The notes under the pieces are model-generated. The model was given only the letters and a program-made list of their open reading frames with translations, was not told the DNA's origin and ran no database searches. This document shows positions 33,601 to 46,200 of a stretch of DNA of 64,000 nucleotides, one piece after another. Origin of the DNA: Bilabrum cf. latius (taxonomy: Eukaryota); NCBI GenBank assembly GCA_965178125.1, contig OZ237743.1, positions 682,001 through 746,000 of the forward strand, written 5' to 3'. Positions within the stretch are counted from its first letter, which is position 1; the number at the start of each line of letters is the position of its first letter. Both the position numbers and the translations under genes were made by a program.

Positions 33601-34367
33601 CGAGATCGTCGTCACTGGATAATTGGACACGGCAAAGGAGACAAAATCTTTTCTAAAGCAGGCGTAGATCGGATCGGGGGATGGCGCGGGAGGGTCGCCA
33701 CGTGTCGCGCAGAATTGCCACCTTCTTGGGTTTCAAACCTTCATGTTTCACGTTCTCGTGGGTCCCGTGGAGGGAATCAAAGCACAGTGCCCCACTCAGA
33801 TGACTTGCATTCACATAAGTATTAACGAGAATTTGCCGTTCGCACTGTCTGGCTGGACATGGTTGTGCAAAAAGCAGCCTGGTCGCACAGAAGCTACAGC
33901 CCTGCGCCAATGCCAGCCGCGCGTGGCACTGCCGACCACTGATTGATCTAGCTGTCCCGCGACACCGTGACCGCCGCACCAACGTACACATTGGAATGGC
34001 GAGGAACTTCGAAACTTACATTATTGAGCTGATTGTGTGACAGGGGGATCCATAGAATACAGGATGCAACGTTGCGACTTCCGGTATTTGTCCAGGAATG
34101 TTCCGGGAGAAGTACTTCGGATACTGCAAAGACTGGCCACACCTATCAATCCTAAATGGCCTTGTATGCACGTGCACGTTGGGTTTGTTTTTGCACCCTT
34201 GGTGCCGGTCTGCTTGAGCTGAACCGCCAGCGTGACAGCACGCAGCCAGCCTCGCACTGCAGTCTCTGCGATATCTCGTGCCGCACCATTCGAAGTGCTT
34301 GATGAATTGACGGACACGCAACAATTATTTCAATCAATAAAAAAGAGTCACAACTCCGGCCGAAGCG

Positions 34368-36700
34368 TCATGAAGGGCCAGCAGCAGCTGCTGCTGCTTT
34401 CTTCGCCGATGCAGGTTCTAGCCGCACCTTGAGCTGCCAGAGCGCGTTGCGCATCACCGACCGGTTGCCCTCCTCGACCAGCCTGCCCACAATCGCGAGT
34501 CTTTCCTCGTCGCTTGGAATGCGGTCTGAGCTGGTGCGCCCGCGAGGCAGCACGGACACGAGCTGCACGTCGAACGTGGTCTCGGTGGAGCCCTCGAATC
34601 CATCCAGAGACGCAGTGAGCTACAGAGAGCTCGCGATGGCGGCGCCCTCAGCGTCTGCGCTCTTCGACTCGCCACCGCTGGCCGGTTCTGGAGCCGCGCT
34701 GGATGCCGCCGCTGGAGGTGCCTTTTCCTCTGCCTTTGTCTCTGCCTCTTCTTCTTCCTAGACGTCTCCGAGCATATCCGCATCCGCCACTGTGACGACC
34801 GCATAGTTGGGCGACGGCTTGCCGCCCGCCGCCTCGGTCGATGCATCCGCATCTGCTCCGCCCATTTCTAGCTTCAGCAGCCCTGCCAGTTCCCCCAGTG
34901 CCTGCTCCAACTGACCGGCACGGAGAGAGGCAGCCTTGACACCGTCCAGACGGACGTGCTGCATGCATTCCAGTTCGGAGAGCTTGACCTTGGCGAGTTC
35001 GCCCACGGTGCCGCCGGACACGATGTCCCGATAGACGTCCATCCCAGCGCCACTCCCCCCACCAGGGGGTCCCCTGCCCCCGCCTCGGGGTCCCCCCATG
35101 CCCCCACCAGGGGGTCCCCTGCCCCCACTCGGGGGTCCCTTGTCCCCGGGCCCCCCCTTGCCAGTGGTCCCTGCGGAGCCACTCCTGGCTGTGGATGTGG
35201 AGCCGGTGCTCATGCTGGCCATGGGCGCACTTCCCATCCCTGCCGCACCGCCAGTTGCAGCTGAGCCCGATCCAGAGCTGGCGCCAGGAGCACCAGCACC
35301 TGACGAGTCCATGGCCATGGGGGCAGACCCGCTTCCTGTAGTCCCCATCCCGCCGCTCCCGCTCCTCGACCCGCTCCCTTCCCCGCCCATGGCCGGCCCA
35401 CGAGCAGCAGAGCGAGCGGCGCGCGCGGCAGCCGCTCGCCTCTTCTCCTCTCGGATGATCAAGTCTCTCCTCCTCATCTCGGCCGCAATCACACCAATCC
35501 CCGGGTCGGGCTCGGCTGCCTCATTGAAGAGCCAAGGGTTCTGCAGCATGCGGTTCATGGCGACCCGGCGGCGGGGATCCCAGGTGAGCATCGCATCGAT
35601 GCACTGCTTGAACCTAGCGGGATTCGAGGTGCAGGACTCGATCCGCAGCCCGCCCCTCTCGTGGTGCTCCCAGAACGCCCTGGAATCGCCTCGAGACAGG
35701 GCCGCGTACGCGCCGCAGTCCTGGGCAGGGTCGCTGTAGTTTCGATAGGCTCTACTCCCGGGGCGGTGCGGCGAATAAGGCATCCTTCCAGTAAGCATGG
35801 TGAACGCCAAGACTCCTAGCGCCCAGACGTCTCCTTTGAATGCGTCGTATTCCCCTCTGGGAATGCCGGCCACCCTCCCGTGGCGATCTGGGCTATTGTA
35901 CATCAGCGTCCCGCATTTCTGCAATGAGAATTAAGTCAGGAAGAGTAGCATCTGCACAGATGCTCGCGAAGTTCACTGTATCGCATCGTTTCGATTGGGG
36001 TGAAGCCTTACCGTTCTTCGAACCCCCCTCGTGTCAGCTGCCATAGCAGCCATCCCAAAATCAATCAAGCGAATGTCGCAATCCGACTTGTTGACCATAA
36101 TGTTGTCGAGCTTGAGATCGCGATGAGCAACGCCAGCTCTATGGCAGCAGCCGACAGCCCTGACAACTCGCCGAAGGAGGAACTTCGTAACATTCTCAGG
36201 CAAGCCTCCAAGCCGAACAATGTCGAATAATTCCAGTCCGGTTACAAGCGGATAGACTGCAACAAGCTGCGGAGTCTCAGCCGGGACCCGCTCGAACTCG
36301 CTGGAACCAAGCGCACCAACTCGAACGGTACTTCGCGTCCACCCAACCTCGACAGGCTGCACGATTCTCTATTTTTCGGCTGTGCTGATAGGTAGCTCTC
36401 CAATGGCCTTAAAGCTAGCGCATTCTGTTCTCGCTTCGCGGATACGAGCGTCTCGCTTTGCCGGATCGTCTATCTTGATCAGTTTCACGGCAACTTTTCT
36501 TCCATCAGGCCCCCATATCCCCTTAAAAACCTTTCCGGTTCCACCAAATCCGATGTAAGACTCAAGTGTGACCTTGTCGAGCAAGTCCTCTGATCCTCTG
36601 GCTGCGCAGACGCAAGCAAATTCACACGCACGAGTGCTCTATTTCTTCACGTATCTCGCATTATTACAATCAAAAGTATCTTAAACTTACCTGAAGCCAT
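34368..36700 (-). CDS. Host Ser/Thr protein kinase (CAMK-like); introns 36690-36602 and 36011-35919; 3' end approximate
   Basis: IGFGGTGKV, VAVK, HRDLKLDN, DFG, CGTLMY and DVWALG; GT-AG introns restore frame; in-frame TAG at 36369, 34758 and 34620. Confidence 0.85.
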
Positions 36701-36889
36701 ACTTTAATCGCAATTTCGACTTATCGAGCTATGATGTGTACGGAGAATGCTGTCTGGAAATTTGGGTGGAGCTGGTGATGGTAAACCGGAAATGTATTGC
36801 AGGGGATCGCCACTCCTTCCAAGCCGAAAACATAGGCCATTCTCAAGGCCCCAGGCCTGGTAGTATCAGATATATAGCAGTCCTCAGCA

Positions 36890-39800
36890 TTAAATCTACC
36901 AAGCAAATGCATCAGCGGCCTGCAAGGCATCAGAGAACGATATCCCACTGGATTTCGCCACACCACGCTACCGAACAGCAATCTACCAACTATTCGCAGC
37001 TGCTGCATCCTTTCGAACCTCCAGCAGCTCTCCGTCGGTAGGAACACCCTCTGTCTAAGCTGTGAAACGAGCGAGCCGGATGCTCCACCCGCTCTCTTCT
37101 TCGGGAGAACCCCGAACCACCGCTGGAACACCGCGAGTTAACGCGATTGCAGCAGCCAGTTCCTCCTGGAAACCAGCACCTGCCTTCAGCGTGGCGACGG
37201 GTCCTCGATCGCCACCACTACAAGACTACTGTGATACACACGCGCCGCCAAGCAGGTCACGCAGTTCACCAAGCACCAGCCCTTCCGGGCCTAGTAGTGC
37301 TCCCTCGTTGCCTGCTTGTGCAGCGGCAACGGCGCTGCCACCGGCCTGACCTTTAGCAGGTACTAAGGGCTAGTGCAAGCATACTTGGCACGCAGCGGAG
37401 TCAAATCCTGCCACCACGGGTTCTCCCTGCATCGCAAGGGCCGACACTTCTTCCAGTCGATCCCCACCGGCACTCGTCAGATCGTGCAGGGTGTGACGAG
37501 CGACGGAGGTACCGAGGATCGCCCGCCAGTCGGAGTCACCGCCACGCAATGCACCCTAGAAGCCCTGGGCCCGGTGGGGACGCACTCGCTGCACCGGGAC
37601 GCGCACAGCCCAAGGCACCCGCGCCCGGACCGCGATGGTCCGCACAGCGGGTGCCTGCTTGTCGAGGGGCACCTGCAGCTGCAGCCGGCCATAGAGCACC
37701 CGCCGCGCAGCCGCTATGTCCAGCTGAAGCACTCCATCACCGGCTTCCTCGCCCTCTACTGCCACCTCCATGGATTCCTCTAGTCGCAGCGGCAGCAGGC
37801 CGTGCTATCCACCCACGGTGGAGCCTGCCTCCGTGGAGGGCTGCTCCACGGCTTCCAGAGCGCCCGCCAGATCCGTGAGGGCTGGTATCGCCCTTGCTCT
37901 GGTAGGATCGGAGAGCAGCGGTGCATCACCAGCCTGTTTCACCTCCTCTTCATCCTTCTGCGCCGCGCTCCTCAGACGTCCCGTCACGGAGGCCCTGCCT
38001 GCGTCCAGGAGCACCCGCTTCAGCCGGAGCGCGCCGAAGGTGTTCTTCACCTGCAGCGAGGATGCTTCATCCTCGCTGGCACTGGCGTGAGTCCCCAAGA
38101 AATAGTCAGCTGCGGCGGCGATGGAGCTGGCCCTGTCGAACGACGTGCGAGGCTGCTTGTCCGGCGGGAGGCCAGCCACCACTGGCTCGGCCATCTTGAT
38201 GCACTCAGTGACGAGGGCATCCGCCAGCAGGCTCGAAGCCGTTGGTAGCGGCGGGCTGGATCCGTGCATAGGGGCAGGCGCAGCCGCGGGGAGCACTGCT
38301 TTCGCTCTTTTTACTGCAGCGGCTGACCCTTTTAATCCGAGGGCCGACACGCATTCGTCCACCACAGCCTGTGCACTCGCAGCTGCCATGCACCAGGTAG
38401 TGGCCTCTGCCCGCTGGAGCAGCCCCTCCGAGGAGGACAGCGCCAGGAACCCTTGCTCCGCAGCTGCATCTGGCGCGATGCTACCCAGCAGGGCTCGCAT
38501 GGCCACCACAACTACTTCCTCGTGTGACCACACGCCCTGCTGCTCCACCAGGACTTCTCGGAGGCGTCGCACCCACGACCGGGCCGCCGCTGCAACGGGG
38601 TCCCTTGGCCCCTGAGGGGCACGGCTCCCGGAGGCATCGTGCCTCGATCTCTTGCTTCCAATGACAGAGGCGGAATTCCTGGAGTGGCCAGCTACCGAGG
38701 CAGCGGTAGAGGCAGAGTCAACGCCCTCTTTCCCACCGCCTGCATGGCTGGCCGTATCAGCCTCGTCGCCTCTGCTGAATGCGGGAGGGCGTGGCGCGCG
38801 AAGATCCGGCACAAGCACTATACCATTGATCCCACCTGCGCTGCGGTCGCCGGTGCCTGCACCTGATGACGCTACAGACTTAACGCCCTCTTCTTGAAGC
38901 GCGTGCAGAAGGGCCCGCCTCATGGTCCGAACCCTCGAGCCCGTGCGCGCGATCGCCCACGCGGCCCGGTCCGCCCCCTCCCTGTCCCCCAAAGCGAGCG
39001 CCTGCCGCGCAGGCAGGCAGGCTTCGAATGGAACGGGTACCACCAGGCACACGTTCCCAGGCGGTGTCTCCTGCTGCGCATCTTCAGCACCAGCGCCGCG
39101 CAGCACCTGTCTGCCCCGCTCCAGCAGTCGCTCGGCCCGAGCGATCTCCCTCCGAGCCCTCGGCAAGAGTGCCTCCACCTGGGATGCGTCCTCCAGCACT
39201 CCCGCGATGGCAAGCTGCGATAGAACGGGAGGGCCTCGCAGGAGCACTACGCCTTCGTGAGTCTGGCTCGCGTTGGGCGAAAGCGCCACAGACAGCCGCT
39301 TGCCGAACAGGTTGCCAGCCCATTCTTGAGCGGCAAACCGACGAGGCAAATCACAGCTCTGCTTGCCGCCGCCGGCATCTTCCAGTCTTAGGCCAGCGAG
39401 CCGCGGCAATGGCACGAAGACTGTCGTGTCTTGAGAGTGTTGCAGTTGAGCGGAACTAGCTGACGAGGCTGCTTCCGGTTGCGGCTCACTCAACGCCTCG
39501 ATCGCACCAACGGCATGCATCGCAGACCTGACGGCATCAACCGCCGCTGCACAGCAGTTTGCGACAGTAAGTTGCAGCCCTGCCCGCCCGGCTCCAAGGC
39601 CTCGCCGCCTGCGGATCCACTCGCCAGCCAAAAAAAGGGACCCTCCGGGCACCGACTTGCTCGAGATTACGCTGCGCAACCACTCCGCAGGCCTGTCGTG
39701 ATCTTGCTTGGCGGCACTGCCGCAGGCCTCATCTAGGGATGCTTGATCCAGCGTTCCTGGAGTCGTCTCACCTGCAGGGATGGGCGCTGCTGAACCCTCA

Positions 39801-42652
39801 GGTACCTTGGGCGGCTGGTCGAGCCAAGGGTGCGTCCCAGCGAATGGACCATCCCAGAAACCTTTGGAGCAGCTAAACTTCATCGGCTCTGGTTCTACCG
39901 GTCGGAATGCTTTGCTCTGTGCGTCTGGGCCTCGTATCACTGAAAGGGCTCCGGTAGGATGCGCCCCCCTGATTCCCTAGACGCTACTAGCACGCCGTGC
40001 TACGGGGCTGGTGTATTTAACCGCATCAGAGCCCGCCTCAGCGCTCTCAACGTCTTTCAGGAAATCGCGCTCGAATGCCGACTCAAACTCACCATCGCCC
40101 TGCTCATCGCTGACCTGCAGAATGCACTGCCTGACCCTTCGCACGAACGGATCAACGCTGCCTAGAGCGGCTGTCCTGCGGCCTGCCTGACGCATGGCCT
40201 CTGCAACTAGCCTGGCCTTGACACCTCGAGACACGCCATCGCTGATGCTATCGTTGAGTGCGATACACGTGGCAGCCGTAGCAATCTCGGACCACGCCTG
40301 CTCTTCCGAAATCTCGTCTTCAAGGTCGCTAGACTAGCAGCCACGGAAAGACTTGGCTACGGCGTCCAAAGCAGCTTGGATAACTGCAGCGACCGCGAGA
40401 CAGCCAGCCTGCTCAAGCTTGGCTTTGTGTTCTGAATCAGTACGCGCAGCACCTGGGCGCTAGCCTCGCTGGCCAGCGCGTTGCACACTCACATGTCCGG
40501 CTCCACTTTGCTCGAACTTCAGCGAGCAGTTGGTATCACTGCCAATCTGGGCTACAGTCATGCTTCTTGTCACCTCAGCACCATCATCCACGCGGAGATT
40601 GCAGGCCCGCAGCATGCCTCGAATGGACTCTACCTGGCTCTGGAGGGAACCCTCTCGAGCCTGCGCGAGCAGCCTGCCCATGCGCACTGGCCCTCCGCTC
40701 GCCAGCACTCTTTCTAGCATTGGGCCGCCGAGCAAGCCACAGCCTACGTCGTACGTGCCATCTGCTTCACTATCTACGGATAGGTCTACGCCAAAGCCGC
40801 CGTGAAGAGCCATGGCACTCGCAATGTGGACGCCCCTGAGAGCACCAGTCCCTGCCAACGCCGCCAGCAGTCGTCGCTGCCAGGTGTCAGCACTGCCTAG
40901 CTCGCGCACAGAAACAATGGAACGCAGCCATGGTATGGCACCTACAGCACCCTTGCTTGGCGCTCCATGCACTGCATGATATGCCATCGCTGCAAGCGCC
41001 TGGCCGATGGCCTATGCCTCTGCTGCTCCGGAGAGTGCACTGCGATTTTCCAGCTGCTTGTTTAAATCTTGTCGTGCATCGACAATGCTATGCATTGGCC
41101 CGAGAGAAAGCAACAGCTGCCTTTGCTGGGGGGCAAACCATGTCCGAAGCACGCTCGACTGAAGTGCTTGTCCCGCGGGGAGGGCAGACAGCCGCGACGT
41201 CCAGGAAGCTTGGGCGAGCAAGCTGCGCACGCACAGGTCGGCCTGCGCGGCGGCCAACTGCTGGGACAGGTCGAGGAGGGGTGATGCAGGGTGTCCGTTG
41301 AGTTCTGCCATGGCTGCCCTCTCGAGCGACGCCGATGCAGACACGAGCAACCTGGCGACGGATGCGGGGTTGGCCTTCAGAACCGTCCTGGGTCCTGGCT
41401 GCAGCGTGTCCTCGCCCCACTCCTCGTGTTCAGTGGCAGCAGCGCCCTGTGGCCCGCGACAGGTGCGTACCAGGCCCAGCCATCGCTCTGCTAGGGCAAG
41501 GTCGTCCGCTGGACCGGCTCGAGAACGCGCCTCTACGGCGGAATGAAGCATAGGGGCTCCTTGGTTCCAGTCCCGGTGCAAGCCGCTCGAGGAGGAAGAA
41601 GTGGCCAGCAGCGTACTACTCCCTCTGTTGGACGACTCGTCTGCGACCCACTTATCTGCTTGCAGCTGCTACCAGTGAATCCCAGCCGCGTTGCCTTTGC
41701 CATCCGCGAACCGCAATTGTGCCCTGAGCAGCTACCACCTCTCGATGCAGTCGGGGCCTGACATTCCCCCTCCCTCTCCCCCTCCCTCATCGGCGTCCAG
41801 CACAGGCTGGCTCCGTGGCACCAGTCTCAGCACTGCGCTCCAGCCGCCCTGCTGGGCCAACGTGACCGTGCCAGACCTCTCGTCAATCGAAATACTTCCG
41901 GAAATGGGGCCTGCAGGCGCGCTGCTCGGTGCGATTTGCATCCCGTCGCAGCCCGGCTCCCACCTGAGCCGTCGCCTCGCCCGCACTGCAGATAGCTCAA
42001 GCGTGCCTGTGGCGCTGCCCAGCCGGTCCGCAGCGCCAGGGTGCAGGATCTCAAGGGCTCGAGACATGGATTCGGGTCCCGCTGAAGCTGAAGCAGCGGC
42101 TTGCAGTGCTCGCCAGGATGGCTTCAAAGGGCCTGGAATGCCGGTGGAGGAGGCGAGGCCCACAGATCCAGAGGAGGCGCCACCGTCGGCAGAGGGGCCT
42201 GCCCCTACTGCAGCATAGCTCGACGCGCTGGTTGCAGCTATTGCCGCTCCAATATCTGGTGTTGGGAGCGACAGCTAATGCGCATAAGTGCCCAGCTGCT
42301 GCGCCGCACCAGACACGTGAGCCAAACCCTCTTCGCTGGCTGCAGCGGCTCGGATAGTAGACAGCGCAACCATAGCATCCTACGCCCGCCCAGCTGTCTA
42401 ACTCCATCTAACAAGGGAAAGCATCCTTGCGACCAACAAACGCGACGTGTGGGCTGCACTAATGAGCTACTCGCGGGAAGCCTGTCGGATACCCTAGACT
42501 TCAGCGGGAGTTGCTGCCGAACCCTTTGCAGCCCTCATGCTGGCACTTTGCTGCCTTCTAATTTTCTCAAATCTATCATAGACAGCGTCAATCATATATT
42601 CTACAGCAACGGGCAGCGGAATGCTTAGGATTGAGCCGCGCGGAGCAGTCAT
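36890..42652 (-). CDS. Host Mediator subunit MED14-like protein, ~1920 aa, apparently intronless
   Basis: Six track ORFs share one frame joined by TAG; ATG42652 to TAA36890. N-terminal ISAAHTSRLLVARMLSLVRWS...LPTPDIGAAI resembles the Med14 N-terminal domain. Confidence 0.6.
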
Positions 42653-43277
42653 ATTGAGCGGGGGGCGTCCACTGTGCGGTGGCCACTTTGATTCTGCTTG
42701 AACCGAAACATCAATGGACGGGCCTTCCTAGGTATCCAAGACGGCATCGCTAGCGATCGATCTGGCCCCTTCAGCAATCATTTTCTATGTTTGTACGAAA
42801 TCAGCAATTCGGCGCCGCGCAATCACGCATTTGCGGAACCGCATCACGAGCAGAGCACGCGCACTGCTGATCTCCAGAGCAGTATTCCGCAGCCATTCAC
42901 AGGAGTAATAGTCGCGGGGACCCAAAATAAGCGGTCCAAAATCTTGGAAAATATCCATTGAACAAATACTGAGTGAGTTTTAGCCTGTACAGAGTGCTCT
43001 TGGCGCCCAGTCAACCCCTGACTGTAGCACGCGGGAGTACCGCATAGTTGGGTGGATGTATTCCGCTCGACACGCGAGCCGTTCATGTATGCGAAAAGGC
43101 AGCACTACTAATTTTTAATCATAAGTGTCAACACAGCCACATGTTTTACTGGGGTCGGCTTTATTTTGCTGCCACACGAGACGCTCCCGCTGACTTTTTG
43201 CTTCTCGACTCGCTCGCAGCAGCAAGAAGTGGACAGCCAGCACTGATTGAGCGCAAGCCAAAATAAAATCGGGAGCT

Positions 43278-46200
43278 ATGAAGTCAACTTCAAGCGCTAT
43301 CGGCGTCGTGTCGTGCTTGTGCTTGGTGGGGGCTGGCATGCACAGCGCAACGGCAGCAACCTTTCCGTCAGCTCTCCAGTCTGCTTTAGCCCGCCGATGG
43401 ACCACAGCTGGTCTAACCGCTACACGAAATGCACTGGACCAGATTACTGATGAGTCTGTCGATGAGTGGGAGGATACAAGTGGGCTCCCTGCGTATCGAT
43501 TCGAGCAAACTGGCTCCACGTCGAGCCAGCCAACGATCGAGGAGGCCGCAATCGGATGCAAGAGCATGCTCAAATTCGAAGGCGGCCAGACTTTGTCGGT
43601 TAGAGACGCTACAGGACTAGATCCAGGGAGTGGGAAGTGGTCTGTTTTCTTCTTGCACCGAGTGAAGGCGCCGACGGGGTCACTCTCCTTCTATCCGATG
43701 TACAAGGGGCCTTCCGGCGAAGGATGGAGCCTTCTCCATGGTATCGCTGGTTCTGTGACAGCGTGGTTCATGGGAGATACATCATTCACGACAAGTCCTG
43801 CCCAAAGTGCAGTGTCGAGCAGCTTCTCGGGCTCGGACAGATTCGAGGCCTGGGGTCTCGTGGTCGACGACGGCACGCTCGGGGCAGGCTCGAAGCGCAT
43901 GACGGGCTACTCCAACGGAGTCACCACCGGATGGCGCCAAGGCGGCATCGCAGGTTTTCGCGGCGATGGGCAGTTCATTGGCACCGTCGAGAACACAGCG
44001 CCGCTGCGGGTGGGCAGCCCGAGCTCCAGCAACCCCGACATGGAAGTTCTCGAAGTGGCCATCTTCAACCGCGCCTTGAGCGCCGCGGAAGTGACCCAGC
44101 TCCAGACCTACTACGACGAGGAGTATCACCTGAAATGCCCAGACCTGACGAGCAGCAACGCCGACAGCGGCGTGGATGCAACCGACGTGTGCACCGACGC
44201 GCGCGGCGGCGACCGCTGCAGGCAGCAGTGCCAGACGGGCTACACCCGCGTGGCAGGTACGGAATCCCACCGCTGCACAAACGGGGCGTGGAGCGGCCAC
44301 CCAATCGTTTGCAGAGAAACCTGCCCCGCCCTGCCCAAGCCGGCCAACGCAGGCACCTGCAAGAAGACGGTTATGCTGGATTTCTTCGAGACCTCCGACG
44401 ATCCTAAGGTTGCCGACACCCACTTTGACATCCTGCCTGAAGTGCCCGACTCCGAAAAGGAGGACTACTGGGAGGTAGATCGCACCTCTGGAGTCCTCAA
44501 GACCGACGCCCTGTCGACCGTGTCGGGCACCTCGTGCGGGTCTGCCCTGACGAATGAGGGCCGCAAGTACCTGCCTTCCTTCTACTACGCTTCGAGCCCG
44601 ACCTGGGAGGAACAGCTGCAGACGTCTTCCAAGATGACCATCAAGTTCGGCGTCACGCCGGAGACGCCCGCATCCGTGGATGAGCCATCTATTGGGATTG
44701 CATTCCGATTTACCGACGAGAAGAACCACTACAGATTCGTGCTGCACGCAGACGGGGACGACCAGACCCAGGAGTTGCAGTCCGTGGTGAACGGAGTCGT
44801 AACATCGACCAAAAAGTACCTGACTGCCCTCGACGCCGGCACACAGTACGTCTTTACCATCGAGGTGGAGGGCTCCAGCATCAAGGTGATCAACAACGGG
44901 AACACGTGGATCGATGAGACCTGGACAGACCACGCGTACGGCTCCATCGCCTTCATGTCAGCAGGCAAGGGCGAGTTCAGCTACTTTTCCGTGCAAACAG
45001 ACTGCGATTCTGGCGACACGTGCCAGTTCGCCGCTCCAGGCACCGAGTGCACATGGGAGTGCGACGCGGGGTACTCCCAGACGGGGGGCGCGGAGACAAG
45101 GACGTGCAGCAACTCCGGCACCTTCCTCGGGTCCGAGCTGCAGTGCAGAATCGACCCGCCGGTCGTGCCCACGATGACCAGAGATGTGGACGAGCACGCT
45201 GCTCAGGACGAGCTTGTGGGAGACCCGATCGAGGTGGTCCTAGAGGCGCGAGGCGCCACCGCGCTGTACTCCCTGGTGGGCGGGCACCTGGACACGAGAG
45301 GCCAGCCCCTCTTCATGATCGGAGGCTGCTCAGGGCAGATCTCGGTCGCACAAGGCGATGTGCTGGACCATGAAACCCGGCCAAGCTACGCTCTCACCGT
45401 GCAGGTCGCGCCAAACGGAGACTCCAGTCGAGGAACCAACTTTACGGTGAACGTCAACATCAACGATCTGAATGACGCCCCGTTTTTCGACCAGCCACCG
45501 GGAGACATCCAGTACGTTGTGTCAGAGAGCTGGACCCCCGGCCAACGAGGCGCTACCGTGCAGGTTACCGACAGCGATGCGATCTCGAGCGGCTTCAGCG
45601 GGGTTAAGTACGTCGTGGAGGTGGACGAGACTGGAGGGATCCTGGAGGTGGTCGAAACCACCGGTGGTATGGCACTGCAGCTCGCGGCGGACTCCTCGCT
45701 CGACTACGAGACCACGAGGCAGTACTCGATGCGCATCAGGGTGGAAGATGCGACGGACCCCATGCTGCAAGATTCGCGAAGGTTCGTCATCACCGTGCAG
45801 GACTCCAACGACCCGCCCTTCGTTCAGTCGCCCCAGGGCCTGGACGTGAACGAGGCGGCCGCGGGAGTCGGGGACAGCACGCTCCCGATGAACGCCTTTG
45901 ACCAGGACCCCGCAGATAACCTTACCTTTACTGGCGTGTCCGGCCTTGCGGGCAACTTCACGCTGGACTCTTCGAGCGGTGCACTTACCTTCACAAAGGA
46001 TTGGGGCCAGTGGTCAGCTGCGGACCCTGCCTACCAAATTGACAACAAGCTGGTTCGGGTGCACTTCGATGTCGTGGTTGACGTCACCGACGGCAGATCC
46101 GCTCCTGTGCGCGCAAATGTGCGGGTGTACGTAATTGCCAACGTCAGGGCGATCCAGAACCCCATCGTGTCTTCGATCCGACCTGCCACTGGCCTGCAGA